Assembly (NCBI GenBank): GCA_050298055.1
Contig: JBNKTL010000017.1
Coordinates: 14,920 to 78,919 of the forward strand
Reading direction: 5' to 3'
Source of the DNA: Spirochaetota bacterium
GTDB taxonomy: Bacteria > Spirochaetota > UBA4802 > UBA5550
Length of the DNA: 64,000 nucleotides
Of this stretch, positions 1 to 10,400 are shown piece by piece. How positions within the stretch are numbered: position 1 is the stretch's first letter; each line of letters starts with the position of its first letter. Below the pieces are notes generated by a model. The model saw only the letters and a list, made by a program, of their open reading frames with translations, was not told the DNA's origin and did not search any database. A program made the translations under genes and the position numbers.

Positions 1-136
1 CTTCCATAGTGTTCTTCTTGAATGTGCTTCCAAAACAGATAAATTTATGAAAAAATAGTCTGTTGAGAATGATCTTACGTACCGATTAAAGTAACAGGTA
101 TAATATGACATAAAACTGAGGAATTATGGTGAAAGT

Positions 137-490
137 ATGACCGGCAAAGAGAAATTCAACGAGTTAATGATAACGATCGGAAATTATGTTTTCGATCTGC
201 AGTTCATCATTACAGGAGTGGTCTGCAATATCCTTGATGAGATGGAGAGGGAGAGTCTTGACATCAATATTGAGTTTCCCTGCAGGATTGAGAACAAACT
301 TGAAGTTTTAACTTCTGAAAAAATATCTTATGACAACGAAGATGAACGGCTCTCTGTCGTGACTGATGACGGGATGCTTATCCAGTGGGAAGATCTTGAT
401 GTATCTGTTCAGGAACAGATTGCCCAGGAGGTCCACATGGAGTATGTTTCTGATATGATCTATCGCGACCTTTCCCTCTCTGAACAGTAA
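137..490 (+). CDS. hypothetical acidic protein
   Basis: 117-aa ORF with plausible composition; no recognised motif. Confidence 0.6.
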   Translation: MTGKEKFNELMITIGNYVFDLQFIITGVVCNILDEMERESLDINIEFPCRIENKLEVLTSEKISYDNEDERLSVVTDDGMLIQWEDLDVSVQEQIAQEVHMEYVSDMIYRDLSLSEQ

Positions 491-672
491 ATTTATTCCG
501 AATTGCAGCAGGGTATCCGGCAGGAGATAAAACAACATTGTTTTGTATTTATTTAATGGATGTCCCCGGACTGTCAGGGATTTTTTCAGTATTACTGAAG
601 AATTTCTTGACACAAATAGATGCTTAAAGGGACAGTTATCCCTATCCTGAACAATTCGCTGGTTAAAAATTT

Positions 673-963
673 ATGAAAAAAAATGCCAGGTATGATATTC
701 TCAAAACAGCTTTTCTCCTGCTGCTGGTATTTTCCCAGTCTTTTCTTGTATCCACGCACTATCATGAAACTGCATCCGAGGAGAAGCACTGTCCCTATCA
801 TGAAATTATATTAAATTTAGAATATGACCAGCTTTCCTTTAACAATACAATTGAGTTTTCTCAAACTGTAATTATAAAGAAAATTGATCATTACAGCTAT
901 TTTGATTGTAATTTACAATTTCATATCAATTCAATATCTCCCCATGCTCCTCCTGTAGCGTAA
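673..963 (+). CDS. DUF2946/CruR-like metal-binding leader protein
   Basis: N-terminal hydrophobic segment, HxH...HCPYH motif, C-terminal SPHAPP (RAPP-like); lies directly upstream of a metal uptake operon. Confidence 0.6.
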   Translation: MKKNARYDILKTAFLLLLVFSQSFLVSTHYHETASEEKHCPYHEIILNLEYDQLSFNNTIEFSQTVIIKKIDHYSYFDCNLQFHINSISPHAPPVA

Positions 964-1118
964 TAACCTCCGGAGTGCAGGCCTGTGTCTGCTGTACCTT
1001 GCAAGCTTTGTGGTAACAGGCAGGCCTGTCCGTGCATGCGCATAACGTGCGTTATTGTAATCATCCGTCAGGTTAAAAACCGTATATTACTACCTATTAA
1101 TAAATTAAGGAGCATGGA

Positions 1119-2396
1119 ATGAATAAATTATCATATTATTTTCTCTTATTAGTACTATTTCCTCTCATCACATCAGAGCCTCTCCTTTCCCAGGAAGGAG
1201 GCACTAATGTATCGTCATTTTCTCAGGCGAAATTTGTACCGGACATATCCTTCATTATGGATTTTTCCGCTGTTTCCCGGAACAGGGAAGACGATGAATA
1301 TGAGAGTCTTGAAATTCCCGGGTTTGTCCATGGCGGTCACGGGGATGACGAACACGGACATTCACATGGACCAATGAACGGCAACAGGGGCCTGAACTTC
1401 AACTATGGTGAACTTTCTCTTTATTCCGTGGTTGATCCCTATTTTGAGCTCATGGCCAATTTTCATTTAAGTGAAGAAGGCTTTGAGGTTGAAGAGACAT
1501 ATGCGACTACAAGAAAAATTCCCGGCGGCTTTAAAATAAAAGCCGGTAAATTCCTGAGCAGTTTTGGACGGATTAACGGGCAGCATGCGCACTCCTGGAA
1601 CTTTGCCGACCAACCTGTTGCCTACTACGGATTTCTGGGAGGTGAGGGACTTGGTGAAAAGGGCGTGAATATTAGCTGGGTTGCTCCTACTGACCTCTAC
1701 CTGGTCATTGGAGGAGAGGCATTACAGGGAGAAAACGAGAACAGTTTTGGTGCGGAAGGATTTAAGGATGAGACTCTTGGTGTTGAAGTGAAAGGAGCTG
1801 ACGGGCTCAATCTATATACGGGGTTCTTGAAAGCATCCTTTGATATAGGAAACCTGTCTCTTTTACTCGGTGTGTCAGGGGCCTGCGGAGGGACCCGCAT
1901 CAATCATGAGATAGATGTCGATGAAGGGCATGGAGTGGATGCAAAAACATATATCCTGGACGGTGAATTAACGTTAAAATATGCAATAGATTCATACAGG
2001 TATATCTCCTGGCAGAGCGAATACCTCTACAGAAACATGAAAGGAGACTATCTCTATAACAATGGAGGGACCCTTGAGGTAAATGACCTGGAGAAAAAAC
2101 AGTCCGGTTTCTACACCCAGTTGGTCGTAAGACCCGCTCTGCTCTGGAGGATGGGTGTCCGCTATGAAATGCTGCAGATTAATGATGTTACCATCGGTAG
2201 TACGGCACAGGATCTTGACGACAACCTCTATAAGGGATCGTGTATGATTGACTATTCTCCTTCAGAGTTCAGCTTTATCAGGCTCCAGTATAATTACGAT
2301 AAGACAAAGTATGAGAGCGATAAAGTCAAGGTCAATCATGAAGTGATTCTTCAGATGAATATTGCTATTGGCGCCCATGGCGCACACTCATTTTAA
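1119..2396 (+). CDS. zinc-regulated outer-membrane beta-barrel receptor/porin
   Basis: Signal peptide, His-rich loop (HGGHGDDEHGHSH), FGRINGQHAHSWNF motif, C-terminal GAHGAHSF; AAGGAG RBS. Confidence 0.8.
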   Translation: MNKLSYYFLLLVLFPLITSEPLLSQEGGTNVSSFSQAKFVPDISFIMDFSAVSRNREDDEYESLEIPGFVHGGHGDDEHGHSHGPMNGNRGLNFNYGELSLYSVVDPYFELMANFHLSEEGFEVEETYATTRKIPGGFKIKAGKFLSSFGRINGQHAHSWNFADQPVAYYGFLGGEGLGEKGVNISWVAPTDLYLVIGGEALQGENENSFGAEGFKDETLGVEVKGADGLNLYTGFLKASFDIGNLSLLLGVSGACGGTRINHEIDVDEGHGVDAKTYILDGELTLKYAIDSYRYISWQSEYLYRNMKGDYLYNNGGTLEVNDLEKKQSGFYTQLVVRPALLWRMGVRYEMLQINDVTIGSTAQDLDDNLYKGSCMIDYSPSEFSFIRLQYNYDKTKYESDKVKVNHEVILQMNIAIGAHGAHSF

Positions 2397-2407
2397 GGAG
2401 AATGTAA

Positions 2408-3295
2408 ATGAAAAAAATATTTCTTTTAATAACCGGCATTTTCATTTCTGTTAATGCCTATGCAAAAATCAATATCGTTACAAGCTACCCATTTATAGAG
2501 GATATTGTCCGAAATATCGCCCAAGATAAAGTCAGGGTAAAAGCACTGGCCCCGGGCAACTGGGACCCTCATTTTATTTTACCGAAACCTTCTTTCATTG
2601 CAAAAGTCCGTCAGGCGGATCTCCTGATCATAAACGGGGCGGAGCTGGAGATAGGATGGATACCGCCGCTTATCCGGGACTCAAACAACAGTAAAATTCA
2701 GCCCGGTTCAGCGGGATTTCTCGATCTCTCAGAATATGTGAATTTAATAGAAAAACCGGAAAATATAAGCAGGGCGCACGGGGATGTTCATCCGTCAGGG
2801 AACCCCCATTATATTCTCGATCCCTATAATGTTGTTAAGCTGGCAAGAGTGATCACAAAAAAGTTATCTGCCCTTGACAGCGGAAACCGCGGGTATTATG
2901 AGAGCAACCTGAAAAAGTTTTTAAGCAGATGGGATGTCAAGCTCAAGGAGTGGGAGAGGGCCATGGAGAGTCTCAGGGGAGTGAAAGTTGTCCAGTACCA
3001 CGAACTCTTTAATTATTTTATAAAGAGATATAAATTAATATCAGTGATTGAACTTGAATCACTCCCGGGAATTCCTCCCAGCTCAAAACATCTTCTTGAA
3101 GTTATTAAGACTGCTAAAAGGGAGAATATCGGTTTTATTATTAATGATGTCTTTCATTCGCAAAAACCGGCCAAACTTGTATCAGGGAAAACAGGAGTAA
3201 AAGTTATTATTTTGCCTCATGATATCAGTGCATTAAATGAAGTGAAAACCGTTTTTGATCTTTTTGATACTATTGTGAGGAGGCTTACTCAATGA
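2408..3295 (+). CDS. znuA: Zn/Mn ABC transporter substrate-binding protein (ZnuA/TroA family)
   Basis: DPH, ADLLIINGAELE, HGDVHPSGNPH and YH..F.YF motifs. Confidence 0.9.
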   Translation: MKKIFLLITGIFISVNAYAKINIVTSYPFIEDIVRNIAQDKVRVKALAPGNWDPHFILPKPSFIAKVRQADLLIINGAELEIGWIPPLIRDSNNSKIQPGSAGFLDLSEYVNLIEKPENISRAHGDVHPSGNPHYILDPYNVVKLARVITKKLSALDSGNRGYYESNLKKFLSRWDVKLKEWERAMESLRGVKVVQYHELFNYFIKRYKLISVIELESLPGIPPSSKHLLEVIKTAKRENIGFIINDVFHSQKPAKLVSGKTGVKVIILPHDISALNEVKTVFDLFDTIVRRLTQ

Positions 3296-4053
3296 TAGAT
3301 ATACTGTTCCCGGCATTTATCATATCACTTGTACTTCTGGGAATCCATTCTTACTTCGGTCTCAGAATTATAGAGAGGAACATAATCTTCACAGACCTGG
3401 CAATAGGACAGATGGCGGCGCTCGGCGCTGCCATCTCGCTCTTCTTTTTTCACGGTGAAAAGATATATTTTGTTTCCTTGTTCATGTCCCTCACAGGGGG
3501 ACTCCTTATCGCCCTCCTGTCCAAACGTTCGAAATACCTTGAAGCCATTATCGGTCTTATCTATGCTCTTGGATTGTCCGGAGCGTTTATCCTCCTTTCA
3601 AAGTCCGCCCATGGGATGGAGAAGTTCAATGAACTTATGGCTTATGATATATTGTTCACCGAGATGAGTGATGTCACTATGACTGCCCTTTTCTACCTGG
3701 CATTGGGGATTGCAATAATCTTCATTAATAAATACACCAGGGGTTTTCTAAATGAGCTTTTGTTCTTTTTAACATTTGCCATTACCGTAACAAGCTCTGT
3801 AAAACTGGCAGGTGTACTTGTGGTTTTCGCGATACTTCTTGCACCGGCATTTATATCAATACAGCTGAGTCATCTCAAATTGTTTTCTTTTGTAAACAAA
3901 CACCGGCTCCTGGTGTCCTGGGTGATTGGAGTAGTTCTTAATACTCTCTCCATTTATATTTCGCACAGTCGGGATTTTCCCACGGGGTATACACTGGTCT
4001 TTGTGAATGCCCTTTCAGCTGTAGTAGTATCCATATGTGTTAAAACAGCATAA
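3292..4053 (+). CDS. metal ABC transporter permease (ABC-3/ZnuB family)
   Basis: Multi-TM protein with IIFTDLAIGQMAALG and SVKLAGVLVVFAIL motifs; start overlaps the znuA stop. Confidence 0.85.
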   Translation: MIDILFPAFIISLVLLGIHSYFGLRIIERNIIFTDLAIGQMAALGAAISLFFFHGEKIYFVSLFMSLTGGLLIALLSKRSKYLEAIIGLIYALGLSGAFILLSKSAHGMEKFNELMAYDILFTEMSDVTMTALFYLALGIAIIFINKYTRGFLNELLFFLTFAITVTSSVKLAGVLVVFAILLAPAFISIQLSHLKLFSFVNKHRLLVSWVIGVVLNTLSIYISHSRDFPTGYTLVFVNALSAVVVSICVKTA

Positions 4054-4085
4054 AAAAAAGGCGTCCTGTAAAGACGCCCTTTTTT
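4052..4085. terminator. bidirectional rho-independent terminator
   Basis: A8-GGCGTC-ctgtaaa-GACGCC-c-T6 between convergent genes. Confidence 0.85.
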
Positions 4086-4106
4086 CATATTTTAATGGGA
4101 AAAAGT

Positions 4107-4655
4107 CTATTTACCAATCTCCTTCTCAATTATACCGATAACCTTCCCAATTATTGCTTTGCTCTGAGCTTCGGTTTTCACTTTTTCAATATATTTTACT
4201 TTTTTATCTTTCCCTATCACTATTACGATACTGAACCCGTTTGTACTTCCCAGGTTCCATTTTTTCGCTACGGTTTTATCAACATCGGTCAGTATTGTTG
4301 AGTTATATTTTTTTATCTTTCTTCTAATAACCATTCTGATGATGAAGTTCGGTTTTCCCGTGTCTGCCAGGTTTGCTATACCCATTCCCTTATAAGCAGC
4401 CTTGCTGAATTTTCTGGCCTTGAGAGCATCGGCAAGGGGGTCGTTAACATCGGAAACATCCGGGTCCGCGTAGAATATTGTCACAACTTTTTTCCCTATA
4501 TCCGGAATATAAGCCGGATCGTTATTTGCGTCCCTGATCTTGATGGAGTTTACCACAGTGCCCGGTGTCAGGGCAAAACCGGCAGGCAAAATTATAAAAA
4601 CTAACAGAAGGGTAAATAAAATTTTAATGGCTGAGATTTTTTTGATTGTTATCAT
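4107..4655 (-). CDS. YtfJ-family periplasmic protein
   Basis: Signal peptide; FYADPD..DVNDPL.DALK and TILTD..K.VAKKW pattern. Confidence 0.7.
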   Translation of the reverse strand: MITIKKISAIKILFTLLLVFIILPAGFALTPGTVVNSIKIRDANNDPAYIPDIGKKVVTIFYADPDVSDVNDPLADALKARKFSKAAYKGMGIANLADTGKPNFIIRMVIRRKIKKYNSTILTDVDKTVAKKWNLGSTNGFSIVIVIGKDKKVKYIEKVKTEAQSKAIIGKVIGIIEKEIGK

Positions 4656-4688
4656 TGTATCCTCCGGATATATTTACTTAAAAATGGG

Positions 4689-4736
4689 GTAAAAACTCAA
4701 CTGCATAATTAATGATATGCATCGTTGAGCAGTAAC
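4689..4736. repeat. short degenerate copy of the GTAAC-TACTCAGCT element
   Basis: Imperfect inverted ends gtaaaaactcaactgcata ... tatgcatcgttgagcagtaac. Confidence 0.45.
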
Positions 4737-4854
4737 TTAAGGGTAATTGAGAGATGTACCCTTAAAAATATGTTTACACATAATTACCGAATGTTGAAAA
4801 ATGTCAAGAAATAGATTATGGATAAGGATTAATTCTTTTTAATCGGATATTATA

Positions 4855-5316
4855 ATGAACAGGATAGTCATTATTTTTCTGCTCTCAAGTTTGGGGTTCT
4901 GTTGCAAAAACAGCACGGGTAACGGTAATTTTGAGAGTATATTGCAAGAACTCTGCTCAGCAGATCAAAATAGAAAGATGAGTGATCTTTACACGCCGGG
5001 CACTCTCAATTCAATGAAAAGGGCGGCAAAAGCAGGAATCGTAAAGAAAACGGGAACTCTCCTCCGTAACTATTTTACGCCGGAAACAAAACTCAAGGTC
5101 ATGAAAATAAAGATTGATGGTTCGGATGCCCGTGTAAGGGTAAAATACCTGGACCATCCCGTTGAAAATGTCATTGGATCGGAAGTCGAATACAGGTTTC
5201 TCTACCGGGAAAAGAGGTGGAAACTCGACTTTAAAAAAGAGATTGATGAGATTATCAAAAGCTCACGCAGTGGAGCGGGAAGGGCTTACATTGAAAAAAA
5301 AGCTGTGAAGTACTAG
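4855..5316 (+). CDS. hypothetical lipoprotein
   Basis: Hydrophobic N-terminus ending LGFCC. Confidence 0.6.
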   Translation: MNRIVIIFLLSSLGFCCKNSTGNGNFESILQELCSADQNRKMSDLYTPGTLNSMKRAAKAGIVKKTGTLLRNYFTPETKLKVMKIKIDGSDARVRVKYLDHPVENVIGSEVEYRFLYREKRWKLDFKKEIDEIIKSSRSGAGRAYIEKKAVKY

Positions 5317-5342
5317 TGCTGAGCCCTTAGTCGAAGTACTAG
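5313..5342. repeat. REP-like palindrome (gtgctgagc..gtcgaagtac)
   Basis: ctagtgctgagcccttagtcgaagtactag; a second copy lies at 16489-16594. Confidence 0.7.
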
Positions 5343-5893
5343 ATGAGTGAGAGACCCAGGTTGATAATAATCTCGTTCATCAACTGCCGGTTCTCTTCAT
5401 TTTCAGGAAAATGCTTTATCAGGTAGCTGCATGTTGTCATGGCAGTGTAAAGATAACCTGCTTCAAGGTAGAGATTGATCAGGTTGTAGTAGGTCTCTTC
5501 AATTTCCGGGTCAATTTCTATTGACCGGGTATAATACAGGATGGACTTGTTGAAGTCCCCTGTTTCCCACATGATTCCCGCGAGGTTTGCATAAGTAATA
5601 GCATCATGAGGGTTCAGTCTCGCGGCCCTTTCCAGGATTATCCTCGATTTGTCATTGTATCCAAGCTCAAAGAGTGCAATGCCAAGGCCGTTTAATATCT
5701 CGGGGTCGGAGTTGTTCGCCTTTGTTCCCATACTGAAAACTGTTAAAGCCTTTTCAAAATCACCGATCTCAATGTATTCATATCCTTTTTCAATAAGCAT
5801 ATTTTCATTGTTTTTTAATTCGTTAAGTTCTATTTCGAAGTTTATGTCTCTTTTAGGTGTGCTTTTTATTATATTATTGAACTGGTTTTTCAT
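5339..5893 (-). CDS. tetratricopeptide repeat protein
   Basis: TPR consensus repeats (LNGLGIALFELG, YANLAG, YYNL). Confidence 0.85.
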   Translation of the reverse strand: MKNQFNNIIKSTPKRDINFEIELNELKNNENMLIEKGYEYIEIGDFEKALTVFSMGTKANNSDPEILNGLGIALFELGYNDKSRIILERAARLNPHDAITYANLAGIMWETGDFNKSILYYTRSIEIDPEIEETYYNLINLYLEAGYLYTAMTTCSYLIKHFPENEENRQLMNEIIINLGLSLI

Positions 5894-6102
5894 TATCTGG
5901 AAGTTAACCTGGAATCATTATTTAATCAGTCCTTTAAAAGAAGATTATTTCAACTCATCCTGCCCGGATGCTGCAGCACCCGTTAAAGAACTCATTTTGG
6001 ATTATTAGCCACGCATAATATTGTTGTCAAATGATTTTTTCCATTGAAAATGAATAGAGACCTTAGTTCAAGTTATGGGCCGGGTGGGGAGACGGTCAGA
6101 TA

Positions 6103-6861
6103 TTATTCAACTTTTATTACAGAGCAGAGATCACCGGATGTATCTGATGCAGATTCCGGGTTATAGATATCCTGCACCCATGAACCGTCAATGATATATC
6201 TGTAAAGATAAGAACCCGGCGGAATATGTTTTTTTATACTCCATACACCGTCTTTTCCCTTTTTGAGAATGTCATTTTCGGGGTTCCAGCTATTGAAATC
6301 TCCTACCAGGGAGATATACTTTGCTTTCGGTCTGTATATCCTGAATTCGACCCTGTTATTACTCAGCATCCTGTAGCTGATATGTTTTGAAAAGCTCTTT
6401 TTACTGTTTTTTATAAGTGAGAGAAATGATCCTGTCCCGTCATCGATTTTCTCAGAATTATAGGGATCGGAGATCCAGAGGGTATCCACAACATATTTAT
6501 ATTTGAGAACTCTCCTGTCCGATTGATTTTCATCAAGAAAATAGTACCATACACCGTTTTCATTTCTTTTCATGGGAACCGGCTGCCATCTTGAAAAATT
6601 CCCTGCGATCCGGACATCACTTGCTTTCCTGTTTTTGTAAGTAAAAAGAATGCCGTTTGAGATGACTTTTTTTCCATTATTCCCAAAATTTTCTGTCTGG
6701 ATAAGCCTCATCTGTTGAGGTGAATCGGCATTCTTGAGAAACCTGATTTTGTAGAGGTATTCGGCTTTCCCATTATCCATAGTATTTGTAAATGCATCAT
6801 TTTCCCCGGAAAAAGAGAGAATAATCAGTAAAAGCGGTATGATAAAGCTCCTCAATCTCAT
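6103..6861 (-). CDS. exported tandem glycogen-binding (CBM48/AMPK1_CBM-like) domain protein
   Basis: Two repeats V.IAGNFS.W...YKYVVD..W / LVGDFNSW...YRYIIDGSW; signal peptide. Confidence 0.8.
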   Translation of the reverse strand: MRLRSFIIPLLLIILSFSGENDAFTNTMDNGKAEYLYKIRFLKNADSPQQMRLIQTENFGNNGKKVISNGILFTYKNRKASDVRIAGNFSRWQPVPMKRNENGVWYYFLDENQSDRRVLKYKYVVDTLWISDPYNSEKIDDGTGSFLSLIKNSKKSFSKHISYRMLSNNRVEFRIYRPKAKYISLVGDFNSWNPENDILKKGKDGVWSIKKHIPPGSYLYRYIIDGSWVQDIYNPESASDTSGDLCSVIKVE

Positions 6862-6890
6862 ATCTGGCTCAACCTCTGTCTATTATATGT

Positions 6891-7028
6891 GAGAATGACT
6901 CACTATTTCTACAAAAGGATCAGTTTTTTTACTATATTAAACTGTGTAGAATTATGTAATAATCTGATAACAACATCAATTATGTTTTTAATGGATGTCA
7001 TTAGTTTTAATCATAGCTGAGTCGTTAC
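6891..7028. mobile_element. MITE-like element, GTAAC-TACTCAGCT family
   Basis: Right end atagctgagtcgttac; internal acatcaattatgtttttaatggat matches the reverse complement of part of the 50026-50154 copy at 22/24. Confidence 0.6.
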
Positions 7029-7138
7029 CATATTAATATTTATTTCATTCAGTTATTGAATCTTACAGTTAATATGTCGATAATTGAATAAGAAATATTA
7101 AGATATTTCCGAAGAAAACGGGATATTAAAAATGTTAA

Positions 7139-7242
7139 TTAATTACTCAGTTAATATGAATACAATTACATGTTTACTAATAATATCAGCAATATGTTAT
7201 TTCATGAAAATGATTATTCTTAATACAGAGCTGAGAAGTTAC
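7139..7242. mobile_element. MITE-like element, GTAAC-TACTCAGCT family (no central hairpin)
   Basis: aattactcagtt...agctgagaagttac; collinear with 54628-54762. Confidence 0.65.
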
Positions 7243-7407
7243 AATGTTTATTATCTCATGAAAAAAAATTGATTGATTTTATTTAAATTATATATTCAGC
7301 TGAATTATGTCTCTTAAAACCTGTTAAGATGATATGACTTGTATAGATGTCAGCAGGAAAAAAAGGGTCAGAGCCAGGTTCTGTTTATGGGTGATAAAGA
7401 AGTAAGA

Positions 7408-10400
7408 ATGGAAAATATCCAGTACTCTGAAGAAGAGATTCTGGAAATCGAGAGAATTAAAGGGATAGTCACCGGGGGTGACACCTTTAATGATATTGTG
7501 ACCAGACCGCCGGTTGAAGAAGCCGGACCTGAAGATCTTGATATGCCCGATTTCGAAGAAATGGAAGAGATCCCTTCGGATTTCAATATTGGTGAACCTG
7601 AGGACCTTGACCTTCCCGTTGGCGACCTTGACGGCATAACTTCCGGTACCCTGTCCCCTGAGATGGCCGATCTTACTCCCTCCTTCGAAGAGGAAGCTGT
7701 TGATGAAATTGAGAGTATTGTTCCTGAAGGATTTGCGGGGGATGAATTTGCAGACCTTACCGGAGAAGTCCCTGATGAAATCGAAGGGGAGATTGAGGAT
7801 ATATCTGACCTTTTACAGGAGATTGAGGAAGTATCAGAAGTTCCCGTTGAGGAAGTGGAAGAGGTCTCCCCTCCAGAAGAGGAGGGACTTATCGAGGGCC
7901 TGGAGATAACAGAAGGTTTCGATGAGGAGATGGAAGGCGGCGTCCCGGAAGAGATGACACCCGGTATTGAGGCCTTTGAAGAAGAGGCGGAGGAACCCGG
8001 AGAGAGATCTCCCCTTGATCAGCTTGATGCCCTCACCGGCGAAGAACCGGAATCAGTCGATATACAGGATCTTGCAGACGACACCTTCGTGGGCGAGGAT
8101 TTCAGTATGCCCGGTCTGGAGGGTGCCGGTGAAGAGATGGATGAGATCCCGGAACAGGGTGAAATTGAAGAACTGCCGGAAGATCTCGGTGAAGAAGCAG
8201 TTGAAACGGTCAGCCTGGACAAGGATGTAGATATGGACATCCCGGACCTTTCTGACCTGACATTTGAAGATGCCGGTGAGATCCCCGAAGCATCGGAGTC
8301 GGATATTCCCGATATTGACCTTGGGGATGTTGCTGCCGGTGGAGAGTTCCCTGAAGATCTGGATATATCGGATACTGACTTTGCCCCTCCTGAAATGGAA
8401 GACATGGGGGGAACAGGTGTTTCCGCTGAGATGGAGAGTTTTGAAGATATTAGCGGCATTGAGCCTCTTGATGAAGGTGATGTTTCCCTTGAAGAAATTC
8501 CCGGTATCCAGGTGGCTGAAATACCGGATGAAGAACCCATGGCCATCGAACCTCTGGATGATGAACCTGTGGAGAGAGAACCTGCCGGTCTGCCCCGTGG
8601 AGGGGAACCCCTTGAGTTCTCAGATAGAGATCTTAAAAAACTGAAGAAAGCAATTATTCTTTTCAATCCTTCATTGAGAAGGGAGATAAAGGAAACCGTA
8701 ATAAACGACCTGCTGCCGGTAGATGAACTCCGCCAGCTTGTGGACATGATTATATCCGGGAGACCTGAAGATAACATTCACAGGTTCCTTGAAAAGAAGC
8801 TGAGAAAGAAGATACTCCTTGTTGATGAATCAGTTACTGCTGGCAGAAGAATAATAACCTCAAGACAGGAATATACAAGAGAAGGAAGAGAGAGACAGAA
8901 GAAGCTTCTGAAATTTACCAGGATTTTCGGCGGTGCTGCACTGATCGCTTTCCTGGTTACTCTTGTGAGTTACCAGTACCTCTATAAGCCTTACATGGCA
9001 AAGAAAACAATCAATGAGGGAGTGGAACTTATCCTCAGCACCGGCGATTACCAAAAAAAACCGAAAGATTATGCAAAAGCCGAAGAACTTTTTAAATATG
9101 TTGAAGAAAACTACGCAAAAGACTTTCTCTATGGATATAATGCCTTTGGCAGGTCATATTTCCAGAAGGAAGAATATAACCGGTCGCTTCAAAAGCTGGA
9201 CAGGGCATTTGAGCTTAACAGCACTCATGTGAAAACATTGAACAACCTCGGTTATTTCTATGCCAGGGTCCCCGCGGAGTATTACAGGAGTGTAAGGGGA
9301 GATGTTGAGAGAAAGTATTTTGGAAAGAAAAAGCTTGAGGATAAAGAAAAAACCCAGCTTAACCTGGCCATCAGCTTCTACCAGAGGGCCCTGCTGATCG
9401 ATAGTAAGAACGTTTCATCACTGCTCGGTATTGGAAATGCTTATTTCCACCAGGGTCAGTTTTTGAAGGCCAAAAAGTATTATGAGGATATACTCAGGGT
9501 TGACAGGAAGTCTGTTGTCGGGCACTCGGGGCTCCTTAATCTCTACATTGAGCGGGACGCTTTCCCGCAGGTTGCAACGATTTTTGCCGATTTGAGAGAG
9601 AAAAAAATGCTCGATAAACTTCCCTCTGCGCTTTTGGGTAAACTTGCAGTATACTTTCTGGGCAAGAGCAAAACAGATGAGGGAAATGTCAGAATAGATT
9701 ACGGAGTAAGGAGCCCCAGGATAAAGGACCTTGATGATAATACATACCCGGCAGTGAGGACTTTACTCCAGGCACTGAACAGGCGTGATCCCGATTATCC
9801 TCCCCTTCATGTATATCTTGCGCTCCTGAGCCGGAAGGAGAACAATCTCCTGGTCATGAAAAGACATCTTGAAAAGGCAGTTGGTCTTTCACCAAGGTAT
9901 TTTTCGGCACTCCACCTCCTTGGTGAATTCCATTATAAAACAAAGGAACCTGTTGAAGCATACAGGCTGCTCAATGAAGCCATTAAATCCTATGGAACCC
10001 AGCCCGATTTTACCCGTGATGATTTTTATAAAGAAGTGGTTAATGTGGGGAAAACCCATGCAATGCTGGGTAATATCTTCTACTATTTCTTTGATAAAAT
10101 CAGGTTCAGGTTCGGTGATCTCGAGGACAGGCTGATAGATGATGACAGGGAAAAAATGGCAAATTACAGTATTGCCAGGGAGAAATATGAGAGTGCCGTG
10201 AGAGAGGGATATGTTTCACCGGAGCTGAATTACAACCTGGGCAGGATATACTATCTCAACAAACTCTACCGAAAGGCCCTTGACCGCTGGCTTCATCTCT
10301 ATGAAGACTTTGTCAGGAGCCCGGAACTGATGTATGCTCTGGGGAATGCCTTCTATCATCTTGGTAACTACGAAGCCAGTAAGGGTGAGTACCTGAAATT

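Noticed and set aside
8019..8777. 252-aa Ser-rich minus-strand ORF
   Set aside because: Antisense shadow of the Glu/Asp-rich codons of the flcA-like gene
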